The notes under the pieces are model-generated. The model was not told the DNA's origin, made no database searches, and was given only the letters and a program-made list of their open reading frames with translations. Shown piece after piece: positions 9,145 to 18,681 of a stretch of DNA of 64,000 bases. This stretch comes from an uncultured virus (IMG/VR IMGVR_UViG_3300009378_001140) (taxonomy: Duplodnaviria > Heunggongvirae > Uroviricota > Caudoviricetes). The first letter of the stretch is position 1. The number at the start of each line of letters is the position of its first letter. The stretch lies in the IMG/VR virus record IMGVR_UViG_3300009378_001140, one strand, 5' to 3'. The translations under genes were made by a program, and so were the position numbers.

Positions 9145-9849
9145 CTATTCACTTTTAGTTTCGAATCCACTCACATTCTTTACATGCTGACGATCTCTCT
9201 CTAGCTCATCAGCTCGCTCTTTCTTTTGCTCGTCAGTGAGATAATCAGATTTCTCTAGATCCTTTCTTCGCATATCGTAATATTTATCAAGCTCTATCTC
9301 TGTCTCGAATAGCAGTTCATAGAAGTTAGATGAATTGACAATTGCTGACTCATACTGCGGCCAGAGCCTAACGGCGTCTCGATATGTCCAGCGGTAGTGC
9401 TGAGCGTCGCGGAACCTGCATGCTTCCCTGAACTCATCAATGTCTGGTGTCTTGACCGGATAACTTTCTTGATCCTCGTATAGCTTGATCATGTACTTCG
9501 CGGGATATTCACATGAGTCAGGTGTCACAGTTCCTTGCTTCCAAGCAAAGTACCTCCTATTCTGCTCAATAATGTGAGAAATCTCCTTTACATACCTCTC
9601 CTGAACCTGTTCCTCAGATGCAAAGTGACAGTAAACTCGGACACCTCCGAACTTTTCTTTGGTCTGAGACACATGTATTGTGTTTGACCTACATAGGTCG
9701 ACTCTACATCCGTGGGTTCCCCCGACAAGAGCATAGCCGATCCAATTTGCAATCGTGCTGATATCCCACCAGTAGTTCTCATGTTCTGATAGAAGATCAT
9801 CACTCCAGTCACCATAGAAGACCTGCGGAACTTTATATTTTTTACTCAT
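9145..9849 (-). CDS. hypothetical phage protein
   Basis: 234-aa ORF containing QTKEKFGGVRVY. Confidence 0.6.
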   Translation of the reverse strand: MSKKYKVPQVFYGDWSDDLLSEHENYWWDISTIANWIGYALVGGTHGCRVDLCRSNTIHVSQTKEKFGGVRVYCHFASEEQVQERYVKEISHIIEQNRRYFAWKQGTVTPDSCEYPAKYMIKLYEDQESYPVKTPDIDEFREACRFRDAQHYRWTYRDAVRLWPQYESAIVNSSNFYELLFETEIELDKYYDMRRKDLEKSDYLTDEQKKERADELERDRQHVKNVSGFETKSE

Positions 9850-10096
9850 CTTCTTCCGCCTCTTTTCCCATCTCTCTCACATCGACAACCAGACCGCCCA
9901 TGTGCTTGCTCTGATAATATCCTGAAAAGTGATCCCAGAGAAGCTGCTGAAGTGCCTCATGGATCCCAGCAGTGTCGTCATACACCCAGGTGTCAATGTA
10001 CTCTGAGTCATTCTCATTGGGAGTTAGCACCTCCCATCCGTTACGGACGCGCCGAATAAGGACATCACCCTTTCTTATCTCTACCGTTTTACTCAT
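9842..10096 (-). CDS. hypothetical protein
   Basis: Coupled ORF; IRKGDVLIR. Confidence 0.55.
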   Translation of the reverse strand: MSKTVEIRKGDVLIRRVRNGWEVLTPNENDSEYIDTWVYDDTAGIHEALQQLLWDHFSGYYQSKHMGGLVVDVREMGKEAEEDE

Positions 10097-10400
10097 TTAC
10101 ATCATACCTCTCACAGTCGTTTGGCACGTAATCCCAGCGTCCTTCACCGCACTTCTCACAGTGATTGAACACAAAGGTTCCGTTGTCAAAAAAATGCTCA
10201 TTGATCCCGTCCCGCTGGATGTCTCGCTGTGCCATCTCAAGCTCCTCAAGAGTTTGCGGCCTGGCAACACACCAGGCAGCGTAATCACCGTCGTCGCCAA
10301 GAGGATATAGCTCAACAAGAAGATTAACCTGTGACTCAAAGTCAGTTCCCTCATCCTCGATGGCGACCTTGATCAACCCGTATTTCCAGCCATTGCTCAT
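10089..10400 (-). CDS. hypothetical protein
   Basis: Coupled ORF with CxxC near the C-terminus. Confidence 0.55.
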   Translation of the reverse strand: MSNGWKYGLIKVAIEDEGTDFESQVNLLVELYPLGDDGDYAAWCVARPQTLEELEMAQRDIQRDGINEHFFDNGTFVFNHCEKCGEGRWDYVPNDCERYDVNE

Positions 10401-10401
10401 A

Positions 10402-10617
10402 CTAAACCTTCCTTAACACGCCTGATGATATAACATATTCCCTACCATTTATTAGCACGTCGAACATCATCTCTCCATCCCATCTATGTAAGTTTACAGT
10501 TCCTATAATTCTACACTTTTCTTCGTCTGTGTACATGCGAGTGATCAATCCAACATATGTGCATATCGTCTCAAATGATCCTATCATATCGTACTGAACT
10601 AGATCGCCCACCTTCAT
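10402..10617 (-). CDS. small KOW/SH3-like hypothetical protein
   Basis: MKVGDLVQY...DVLING. Confidence 0.65.
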   Translation of the reverse strand: MKVGDLVQYDMIGSFETICTYVGLITRMYTDEEKCRIIGTVNLHRWDGEMMFDVLINGREYVISSGVLRKV

Positions 10618-10949
10618 TCTCTATTTCTCCAACAGGTCTCACTCACGTGGATCTTTTGCATGAGATCCTCACGACCGAACTTCCGCTGACGAGAGAAGAA
10701 TCTCTTTCCAACTGACACGTCAGGATCATTTGGCCTCGCACTGCCGATCGGAAACACATCATCATCACTCAGATTCCACACGTCGCCGCCGATGAGAACC
10801 ATGAACTCAGACTCGTCAGATCGTGTAGGTTTGTGAAGTGGTCTGATCTCAACGATCACGCCCACATCTTCCTTGTCATCCGTGTGATTCCACGCTGCAA
10901 CCATGTCACCAACCTGGTACATCACATCACCTTCTTGATATTTTGTCAT
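10614..10949 (-). CDS. small KOW/SH3-like hypothetical protein
   Basis: YQVGDMVAA...GVIVEI. Confidence 0.6.
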   Translation of the reverse strand: MTKYQEGDVMYQVGDMVAAWNHTDDKEDVGVIVEIRPLHKPTRSDESEFMVLIGGDVWNLSDDDVFPIGSARPNDPDVSVGKRFFSRQRKFGREDLMQKIHVSETCWRNRE

Positions 10950-11131
10950 AGACTTGCTTCTTGACTATCTACAGCACCTGCAATAGAATTAAAAACGCCC
11001 AGAAGACTTTCACATCAAAGAAGACTCGATGATCGTTCTAAGTACCATACCAAAGTGATAAAATACAATAAAGGTAACAGTATGTGCAGATGTTACTAGA
11101 AAAGAATTCATTATTGTTTACCTCTAGATAT

Positions 11132-11160
11132 ATTCTACCATGATATCGATGAAGTTACAC
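11132..11160 (-). promoter_or_regulatory. sigma70-like promoter
   Basis: GTGTAA-17 nt-TAGAAT. Confidence 0.7.
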
Positions 11161-11165
11161 GAATC

Positions 11166-11285
11166 TTATCTTTCTCTTGCCTTAATCACGTTTGAGACAT
11201 GTCTTTCCCATATGTAACGAACTAGATCTCCGACGTTGATGACGTCGCCATTAGCATAGTAGAATTCTTCTATCTCGTCAGCCAT
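11166..11285 (-). CDS. short or truncated member of the xxGDLV family (39 aa; absent from the ORF track)
   Basis: AAGGAG RBS; MADEIEEFYYANGDVINVGDLVRYIW... Confidence 0.45.
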   Translation of the reverse strand: MADEIEEFYYANGDVINVGDLVRYIWERHVSNVIKARER

Positions 11286-11322
11286 CAGCTTGACTCCTTG
11301 ACCGGTTTATGTCTTCATCATA

Positions 11323-11739
11323 TCACAGAACTAGCTCATTCCACATGCCGTTTTCATCGGTATACTTAACCCTCTTTATTCCTGCGTCTTTAATGTGAAA
11401 CATACAATGCTTACATGGCTTAGCCATTGCAAAACCGTCATCAGATCTTTTAAATCTCATAACCTCTATTTCATCACCTTCCATAGCAAATCTCAAAACG
11501 TTCATCTCAGCATGCATATGAGAGCCTGTCGTTCCATCAGGATATATTCTTTTAAATCTTGGATGAGTCTTACAAGTGTTTTCACCGATCTTAACAATCT
11601 TTCCCCGACGCCTTAAGATTGCAGCAACGTGATAAGCTCTTCCGTTATTAATTGCTAATTTACGAGCTCGATAGTACACTGGGCATGAGTCTTTCTCCTT
11701 AATATAACCTATATTACTACATTTTTTGAAGATGTTCAA
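11323..11739 (-). CDS. zinc-dependent deaminase (cytidine/dCMP deaminase superfamily)
   Basis: HAE and PCKHC motifs. Confidence 0.85.
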   Translation of the reverse strand: MNIFKKCSNIGYIKEKDSCPVYYRARKLAINNGRAYHVAAILRRRGKIVKIGENTCKTHPRFKRIYPDGTTGSHMHAEMNVLRFAMEGDEIEVMRFKRSDDGFAMAKPCKHCMFHIKDAGIKRVKYTDENGMWNELVL

Positions 11740-12043
11740 CTAAGATCTGAATCTCAACATCGCTCAAATATAGATTTGGCATTGTTGTACCGGGCTTAAC
11801 ACTATCTGGATCCCTTAGCCATCGTGCAAGATTTTCAGGAGTATTCTCAAGAACGCCGGCAATCATCTTTCGTGATGAAAATCCCGACAGGTCAGGACAC
11901 ACTCCTGATGTGTGACATGTCTTGCATGCCTTTGACTGAAACAGTCTGTCTCCTTAATCTTGCATAGATATATTTTGACTGATTCTAAAGCCCTCTGCCG
12001 GGGCGTTGAAAGCAGAGAGAAAAATTATCATTAATGAAATCAT
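11717..12043 (-). pseudogene. class I cytochrome c interrupted by one in-frame TAA
   Basis: Signal peptide from ATG at 12043, TAA at 11954-11956, then CKTCH haem motif and KPGTTMP axial Met in the same frame. Confidence 0.8.
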
Positions 12044-12046
12044 TGT

Positions 12047-12247
12047 TTAAAATGGAATATCAGGTGATGTGTTAATATATTGAATGTCTGATAGTCTGAT
12101 AATTGATCCGTCTTCAAATTTAAACATTGACGGCTCTCCGCTTTTTGAACTTTTCTTTAGCGTCGCAAGCAATTTATGATATTCACTGGTCTTTATGTGC
12201 TTAGAAATATGATGAGCTCTGCTATGAACGTACATGTCAATTATCAT
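12047..12247 (-). CDS. hypothetical protein
   Basis: Coupled ORF. Confidence 0.5.
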   Translation of the reverse strand: MIIDMYVHSRAHHISKHIKTSEYHKLLATLKKSSKSGEPSMFKFEDGSIIRLSDIQYINTSPDIPF

Positions 12248-12579
12248 TTCTTTCTCTTCTTTTTAGATGATTTTTTTATTAAATCTTGTTCAATTTCTTT
12301 CATTACACAAAGAGAATTACATGCTTTCCATATCTCCTGACTATATCTTATGACATCTGAATTGCAACTATAGTATCCCCTATGTCCCTCATTTTTTATC
12401 TTTGATTTAAGATTTTCTAAGCATTTATGCAATGATTCTATCTTTAGGCTTAGCAAGTCTAAATAAGCTTCTCTTGAGAGATAGATCTTCTCTATCATAT
12501 CCTTCTCGGTCTTTTTCATTGTCTTGTCTTCTTTTCGATATGAAAAATTAATTAAATCATTTCCATATCTTTTAGCCAT
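12244..12579 (-). CDS. hypothetical protein
   Basis: Basic helical ORF; start uncertain. Confidence 0.5.
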   Translation of the reverse strand: MAKRYGNDLINFSYRKEDKTMKKTEKDMIEKIYLSREAYLDLLSLKIESLHKCLENLKSKIKNEGHRGYYSCNSDVIRYSQEIWKACNSLCVMKEIEQDLIKKSSKKKRKK

Positions 12580-14054
12580 TTAGTTATTCTATCATTAACT
12601 TTAGGATCGTATTCTCCTTCTGGCCAGCCTCCATGAGAGCTTGGTTGATCTAGCATTAAATTCTTAACAGTACCCTTTTCATAAGATTCATCTGGATGAT
12701 AGCCTCTGTATTTTTTCTTTTTTCCTGATTCAGCAATAATCAGATGTCGTATCATGTAGACTAGCTGATCTTTGTTACTTTCATCTAATCGAGTTCTGTT
12801 TGGATTATCTAAGCCAAATCGATTAGACAGCGCATCAACAGTTATCCAGACGTCGTTATAATTCATATCGTGATGAGATGCTAGTTTTGAATAATCCATC
12901 TCATCATTCCATATGATCTGAGCTATATCTCTATCATCTACTACGTCACCTGCAAAATTATCAACTGTATATTGTTGTCGAGGTGGTAGCTCTATGCCTG
13001 CTTCTTTTCTCTTCTTATACACTCTTGACATAACAACGCTTAAGGCAGAGTTCATTGTGTCTTGTGCTGCCTCATCAAGCATTTTAAATTCATCGATTGC
13101 AGTTTTTATCATCAGCGCTGATGCAACAAGCCCTAACCCACCAGACAAATAACTTCCCGTTGCTCCCATACCTGCTGTTGCTGAGATTCCCATAGCTGTC
13201 AACCCTTTAAGAACAAGTATTCCAACGGGTATTGCAGCTAGACACCCTAAAACGACCCCTGTAAATGTAGCAGTCTTTGCCATCATTTTCTGAAACGGTG
13301 TTGCTATCTCAAGCTGTTTATCAGTTGCTGCATCATCCAACCAAGACCAACTATCAACCGCACCCTCTACAGCACTACCGCCGACATCTCCAACACCATC
13401 AGATATTGCGTTTCCAATACCGTCTGTGATGAAAGCAAGATCGTCTGGTGAAAGTGCTCTTTGAAGTTTTTCAGCGCCAAATACAAGCTTAATATAGTCG
13501 TCAATTGCTGCTCCCGCAAGAATCAAAATTACATTGTCTAAAAAACCAAAGACGAACTGATATGCGAAATCTTTTGCATATCTTATTAGTAGCTGTCGAA
13601 ATGTCGGTGGAACTGGTTTTCCAATAATTCTTTCAACTCTTTCAGTATAGTCTGATATCAGCTTAGTGTTTGTATAAGATGACTTGTATCTCCTAAGAGC
13701 CTTTTTCGCTGATGTTTCTTTTATCTCCCTAAGTTTGTCAGGTGATAAGTCATCTTGACTTTCAATTCCTGGGTTGTCTTCTATGAACTGTCTTAATTCA
13801 TCACGAATAGCATTCACATAAAGAGAGGAAAAATCACGAACAGCTCTTTCTCTCATTGCAATTCGAAGTCTTTCATCAATCTCATTTCCATGCTCTATGG
13901 CACTTGACACGACCTCTATAGATCGATCATCTCCAGCGTGAACGTCACCATACAGATTTTGGCCCATTCCAATTTCGTTAATCAGCTCTTCTTTTATTAT
14001 TTTCTTAAGAGACTTCTTAGAAAGTTTCACTCTATTGCCCTTGTGAATCTTCAT
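12552..14054 (-). CDS. membrane protein with a TMEM65-like domain
   Basis: FGFLDNVILILAG..ID...GIGNAISD resembles the TMEM65 signature; likely start at VKLSKKSLKKIIKEEL. Confidence 0.65.
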   Translation of the reverse strand: MKIHKGNRVKLSKKSLKKIIKEELINEIGMGQNLYGDVHAGDDRSIEVVSSAIEHGNEIDERLRIAMRERAVRDFSSLYVNAIRDELRQFIEDNPGIESQDDLSPDKLREIKETSAKKALRRYKSSYTNTKLISDYTERVERIIGKPVPPTFRQLLIRYAKDFAYQFVFGFLDNVILILAGAAIDDYIKLVFGAEKLQRALSPDDLAFITDGIGNAISDGVGDVGGSAVEGAVDSWSWLDDAATDKQLEIATPFQKMMAKTATFTGVVLGCLAAIPVGILVLKGLTAMGISATAGMGATGSYLSGGLGLVASALMIKTAIDEFKMLDEAAQDTMNSALSVVMSRVYKKRKEAGIELPPRQQYTVDNFAGDVVDDRDIAQIIWNDEMDYSKLASHHDMNYNDVWITVDALSNRFGLDNPNRTRLDESNKDQLVYMIRHLIIAESGKKKKYRGYHPDESYEKGTVKNLMLDQPSSHGGWPEGEYDPKVNDRITKWLKDMEMI

Positions 14055-14400
14055 CTAAAAAATATATTGTTGCATTTCTATCTGAGCATATTGGTATTAG
14101 GTCTGATTCTGACGGGAGCGGAGCAAACGATGGAGATACAAAAAATGAATATGTTGTCCACTCACGTAAGACTTGTTCATCATCAGAAAGTTTTTCATTA
14201 AAACTGACACATCTTACTTTAAACGCTCCTCTGCTTTGAGAATACCCATAATATACTGTGTCACATCCTGCCACGTCCATGTTAACAAGAAGAGAATCTA
14301 CACACATGCTCTGGCTTGGTTCAAAGTTCTTTCCGGCATAATGTAATTTTACTGAACAGCCGCATAATAAAACTAATGATGCTACAAGTGGCTTTATCAT
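14032..14400 (-). CDS. putative lipoprotein
   Basis: Hydrophobic N-terminus with an LLCGC lipobox. Confidence 0.6.
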   Translation of the reverse strand: MIKPLVASLVLLCGCSVKLHYAGKNFEPSQSMCVDSLLVNMDVAGCDTVYYGYSQSRGAFKVRCVSFNEKLSDDEQVLREWTTYSFFVSPSFAPLPSESDLIPICSDRNATIYFLDEDSQGQ

Positions 14401-14418
14401 TTTGTCACCTGATAATAT

Positions 14419-14757
14419 CTATTTCTTAACTAATTTAATGTTTTGCCTAAATACGTGATATACGCTGCCATGAACAAGAATTTCATACACGTCATACATG
14501 CTCCACCTGCCTGCCCTGCTTAGTCTGCTAGGCCTTCCGACGCATCTGATAACTGTTGCGACGTCTCCGTCTCTTACAACTATTGACTTTCCAAAAAAAT
14601 CACTGTGTGACGGATAATTTGTAAGATCAATTCTTTCATAAATTTTTAACCCACCATCTTTAGTGGGTGTTCCTGTTGAAAAACCGTCAGGTGAGTTCTC
14701 TATTACAATAACAACAATATCACCTTTGACTATATCTCTATCACCCATCTGTCTCAT
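14419..14757 (-). CDS. KOW/SH3-like hypothetical protein
   Basis: IVKGDIVVI...YEILVHG. Confidence 0.55.
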   Translation of the reverse strand: MRQMGDRDIVKGDIVVIVIENSPDGFSTGTPTKDGGLKIYERIDLTNYPSHSDFFGKSIVVRDGDVATVIRCVGRPSRLSRAGRWSMYDVYEILVHGSVYHVFRQNIKLVKK

Positions 14758-15182
14758 TTTGAAATCGTCGGAAGGCCTCTAACAATGTCACCGATGGAAA
14801 TTTTGTTTGAATCAAACCATCCATCATTGACTTCAAGCGCATACATCGCAGGGCCACTAGACCATACACGTTCATCAGACTGTGGTGACATTTTTTCTAT
14901 ATTTAATATTTCACCTGACTCATTGAGGTATGCAATTGACAGCGGAATGTACGTATTTTTCATCCAAAATGCTCTTCTGCTAGAATCTGGAAAGATAAAA
15001 AGCATGCCCTCATTTCTCTTTAGATCTGCTCTATTCATTAGGCCTACATCTCGTGAGACGTCTGTGTCAGCAACCTCAACATATAGCGGCTGAGAATTCA
15101 CATATATTTCTATCTTGTGTGAATTACGACCATCTAGCATTCTTCTAATCGTCTGTCTAAGCTGGTTTTCTGTTATTAGCAT
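14754..15182 (-). CDS. DUF192-family protein with an N-terminal leader
   Basis: VEVAD...GLM.R...GMLFIF...FWMKNT.IPLSIA...ALEVN.G. Confidence 0.9.
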   Translation of the reverse strand: MLITENQLRQTIRRMLDGRNSHKIEIYVNSQPLYVEVADTDVSRDVGLMNRADLKRNEGMLFIFPDSSRRAFWMKNTYIPLSIAYLNESGEILNIEKMSPQSDERVWSSGPAMYALEVNDGWFDSNKISIGDIVRGLPTISK

Positions 15183-15194
15183 TCTATTTATTAA

Positions 15195-15506
15195 TTATGA
15201 AATATTTTGAATAAGATTCAAATCAAGTTCAAACTCTTCTGATACTCCTAGTGTTGTATTCCATTTTTCATCTGACCATTTAACAATAATTGTTTTCATA
15301 ATTGCGCCAGTTTCAAGATTTTCACCTATCACATATTCCTTTATCTCTAGAACAAGACCAATTGGATGTTTGCCATCAGGAATCACATTGTGTGCTGATG
15401 TATTGTGATGAGAAACATACTGAACAAGATCACCTTTTTTAATTGTCATTATATTTCTACATATTTTGAATTCAAGAATATAGAAACTCAGCATATGTAT
15501 TATCAA
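15195..15506 (-). CDS. KOW/SH3-like hypothetical protein
   Basis: MTIKKGDLVQY (internal Met is the likely start). Confidence 0.55.
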   Translation of the reverse strand: MIIHMLSFYILEFKICRNIMTIKKGDLVQYVSHHNTSAHNVIPDGKHPIGLVLEIKEYVIGENLETGAIMKTIIVKWSDEKWNTTLGVSEEFELDLNLIQNIS

Positions 15507-17099
15507 ATGATCAATATTCGTAAGAGCATTATTGTTTCACTGCTCGCAGTCACTTCCATTAGTTGTATTGACTATGAGCTTTCAAACAATCCTACTAAGA
15601 TGCCTGATATACGTGTGTCACCAGACAGCGTTGACTTTGGTACACTTTTATCTGGTAACGACGTCGGTGTGCAAGAGATAGAAATAGAAAACATCGGAAC
15701 AGATGATTTAAATGTTGAAAACGTCTATCTTAAATTTTCAACAGGTGTCCACACAATTACCTCAATTAGTGATAAAAGCATAGACCCTGGAGATAAAACA
15801 GAGTTTTTCATTTATTATGAACCAAGTACATATTCATCAGATCAAAATGTTATCTTAATTGAATCAAATGATCCTACTGACAAAGTTGTTGAAGTTCCAA
15901 TTAATGGGTCTGGTGATGCACCCATAATACACGTTCAGCCAGAATATTATGACTTTGGAAACGTCATCGTTGGATGTGATGATTCTTTACCTGTCACAAT
16001 TTCTAACATTGGAAATGCTGATCTTGAAATTAGCTCAATTAACTACTTTATATCTCATCCAGTTAATCTTGACATAGACAAGAATGAACAAGTGAATGGA
16101 CTCTTTCCGTGGATTATTCCGCCAGGAAACTATGCTGAGATGTTTATCGACTATGCACCGCTAGATGATATCTTTGATGCAGGATATATTGACATTTCAT
16201 CAAACGATCCTCAGACACCTGTCAAGACTGTTGAGCAGGGTGGTGACGGTGACTATTTTGCATATGTCATAGACGAGTTTGAGCAAAAAGAAGACATAAT
16301 GTCTGATGTTTTATTTGTCATAGACAACTCATGTTCAATGAGCGGCCATCAAACAAACCTTAAGAATAATTTTGATTCATTTATAAATGTATTTTCGACG
16401 TCGGGTGCGGATTATCAAATTGCATTTATAACAACAGATAGCGCAGAAATAATTGATAATGCTATTATTACTCCATCAACACAAAACCCCATCCTGGCAG
16501 TCAATGACATCATTGATAGCATAGGAATATCTGGAAATCCAGTAGAGAAAGGTCTAAAATATTCATATGAAGCAACACTGGCGGGAGCTTCTGCAGGTCC
16601 AGGCAGTCAGTTTATGAGAAATAATGCAAGACTAGTTGTAATTTATGTGTCAGATGAACCTGATGCATCTAGCAATTACTCTCCGTGGATGTCTCCTTCT
16701 GATTACTCTTCACATCTAAGAAGCCTGAAACCTTCGAACAACTTGATTATTGCGCACGCTGTTGCAGGTGACTATCCCGGTGGTTGCTCTGGAAACGGCT
16801 ATGCACAATTTGGTGACGGATATTATGACGTTGTGAATGACTTTAACGGAACATTTATGTCAATATGTGCAACTGACTGGGGTGTTCAAATGGATGCCCT
16901 GGCAAGAGATTCAATTTCATCATTTAGCTTTTCTCTAAGCAAAACACCAATAGAGGATACAATAGAGGTTTATGTTGACGGAGTAGAGTCATTTGCGTGG
17001 TCATACAATCAATCTATAAATTCAGTTGTGTTTAGTGTATCACCTCCTGAGGGAAGCAATATTGAAATAACATATGCAATATACGGTGACTGTCAATGA
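15507..17099 (+). CDS. lipoprotein with two Ig-like repeats and a vWA domain
   Basis: Lipobox SISC; two P..DFG...I.NIG..DL...SNDP repeats; MIDAS motif DNSCS; start reassigned to MINIRKS. Confidence 0.8.
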   Translation: MINIRKSIIVSLLAVTSISCIDYELSNNPTKMPDIRVSPDSVDFGTLLSGNDVGVQEIEIENIGTDDLNVENVYLKFSTGVHTITSISDKSIDPGDKTEFFIYYEPSTYSSDQNVILIESNDPTDKVVEVPINGSGDAPIIHVQPEYYDFGNVIVGCDDSLPVTISNIGNADLEISSINYFISHPVNLDIDKNEQVNGLFPWIIPPGNYAEMFIDYAPLDDIFDAGYIDISSNDPQTPVKTVEQGGDGDYFAYVIDEFEQKEDIMSDVLFVIDNSCSMSGHQTNLKNNFDSFINVFSTSGADYQIAFITTDSAEIIDNAIITPSTQNPILAVNDIIDSIGISGNPVEKGLKYSYEATLAGASAGPGSQFMRNNARLVVIYVSDEPDASSNYSPWMSPSDYSSHLRSLKPSNNLIIAHAVAGDYPGGCSGNGYAQFGDGYYDVVNDFNGTFMSICATDWGVQMDALARDSISSFSFSLSKTPIEDTIEVYVDGVESFAWSYNQSINSVVFSVSPPEGSNIEITYAIYGDCQ

Positions 17100-17677
17100 A
17101 AAGCTTAAAAAGCCTTTTAATATATTCTGTTGCATTACTTATTGGGTGCTCATCATGCCTACCAACTCTTACAAAAGACAGCGATGATACAAATGAAGTA
17201 ATATATCCGTGGGATACATGCTCACAGTCAACGGGAGACCATCCTTGCAATTTTACTCTCTTAGACCAGAATGGAAACGAAGTATCTCTATATGATTTTT
17301 ATAGACAGCCTATCGTCTTAGACCTAAGTGCAATGTGGTGTCCACCGTGTCAGGCTGCAGCAGAGGAAATTCAGGAGACAAGTGACAAATACTCTGAGTA
17401 CAACCTATCATACATCACAATTTTAATAGAGACACCTGTGGGAACAGAGCCAACATCTGACGACTGTAAAGTGTGGGCAGATCAATATGGAATAATTGAT
17501 CCAAGAGTTCTTGCAGGAAGCAGAGACATGATAGACTATTCGTCACAAACAGGGTGGAATCTGACAAGCTGGCCCACGTTTTATTTTATAGACGATAAAA
17601 TGAAACTTGTTGATGAAATGATCGGATATAGCGAACATCTTTTAGATCAAAAAATTCAAGATCTGATTACAGATTAG
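17096..17677 (+). CDS. TlpA/ResA-like thiol-disulfide oxidoreductase lipoprotein
   Basis: Lipobox LIGC; NFTLLDQNG; WCPPC; WPTFYFID. Confidence 0.88.
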   Translation: MKSLKSLLIYSVALLIGCSSCLPTLTKDSDDTNEVIYPWDTCSQSTGDHPCNFTLLDQNGNEVSLYDFYRQPIVLDLSAMWCPPCQAAAEEIQETSDKYSEYNLSYITILIETPVGTEPTSDDCKVWADQYGIIDPRVLAGSRDMIDYSSQTGWNLTSWPTFYFIDDKMKLVDEMIGYSEHLLDQKIQDLITD

Positions 17678-18408
17678 TCCTGACACACATTTGATGATGT
17701 CAGGATGCTTCTACAAATCCCTCTAAGAATTTCATCTTCACTAATTCTACTAGACGGGGTTACCCAAATTATGTCCTCAATTATGTGTGTGCCCTGCCTC
17801 CTCTGGACGTCAATTCCCCAAAGAACGCCAACAAAGTTTCCATTAATGTCATATACACCCGATCCTGAACATCCGAACCACCCATAGGAATGAAGTATTA
17901 TTATTTCCTTTCCTGACTGATCTTTCTCATATCCGGATATCATTCCCCTTATCGTCAAAAGACTGTGAGATGATGGAAAGCCTGAATATATTATTTGTGT
18001 CCCGATGGGCGCAGCATCAGAAGTAGGATTATATTTTATCGGAGATCTGCTCCTCATTGGAGATATCAATAGAGCTGCAACATCTATGCTTTCATCCTTG
18101 TATATCAAATGACCAACTATTCTTTCATTTTCACCCAGAATAAGAAACTGATTTGATCCATCACTGACAACGTGTGCTGCAGTTATTATTACATGAAACC
18201 CTTGAATTGTTACATATGTTCCAGATCCGTGGCCTCCTCGCGACTGAACCTTGACAGCAGCTGATCTAATCTTATTCTCAACTGTTGACAAGCTTGATGT
18301 GCTTCCAACATAGTCAAGAGATAAAATCGACTTTAGATCACTAGAACCATAGCAAATATTTGATAAAATAAAAAATAGAAAAAGAAGCAAAGCAGCCTTT
18401 TTAATCAT
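17674..18408 (-). CDS. exported trypsin-like serine protease
   Basis: Signal peptide; GSG, TAAH, DVA and GCSGSG. Confidence 0.88.
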   Translation of the reverse strand: MIKKAALLLFLFFILSNICYGSSDLKSILSLDYVGSTSSLSTVENKIRSAAVKVQSRGGHGSGTYVTIQGFHVIITAAHVVSDGSNQFLILGENERIVGHLIYKDESIDVAALLISPMRSRSPIKYNPTSDAAPIGTQIIYSGFPSSHSLLTIRGMISGYEKDQSGKEIIILHSYGWFGCSGSGVYDINGNFVGVLWGIDVQRRQGTHIIEDIIWVTPSSRISEDEILRGICRSILTSSNVCQD

Positions 18409-18453
18409 TTGTCTAAACCCTAGAGATAACTATCTACAAGTCTAGTGTAAAGA

Positions 18454-18678
18454 TCAAGCTCTTTCCCATTTTGGCTTTTTAAACTTAGGTCTAAGAATGT
18501 TTTCTGTTGATTTGATTGACTCTTTCATCTCAGAGTTGTGTTTTTGTAAGTTTTGTATGCTTTCTCTGATGGTCTTTTTTAGCTCAAAATTTTCTACTTC
18601 TAGCTCTTCAAGTCGCTTTTCAAGTAATTCAACCTTATGCATCCACCACCCAGCATCACTTTCTCGACTGTCTTTCAC
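18454..18678 (-). CDS. coiled-coil hypothetical protein
   Basis: Heptad pattern. Confidence 0.5.
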   Translation of the reverse strand: MKDSRESDAGWWMHKVELLEKRLEELEVENFELKKTIRESIQNLQKHNSEMKESIKSTENILRPKFKKPKWERA

Positions 18679-18681
18679 GGT

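Noticed and set aside
11954..11956. Stop-codon reassignment suggested by the TAA in the cytochrome c gene
   Set aside because: Long conserved genes are uninterrupted and end in TAA, TAG or TGA. tRNA-Leu with anticodon UAA reads UUA and is not a suppressor.
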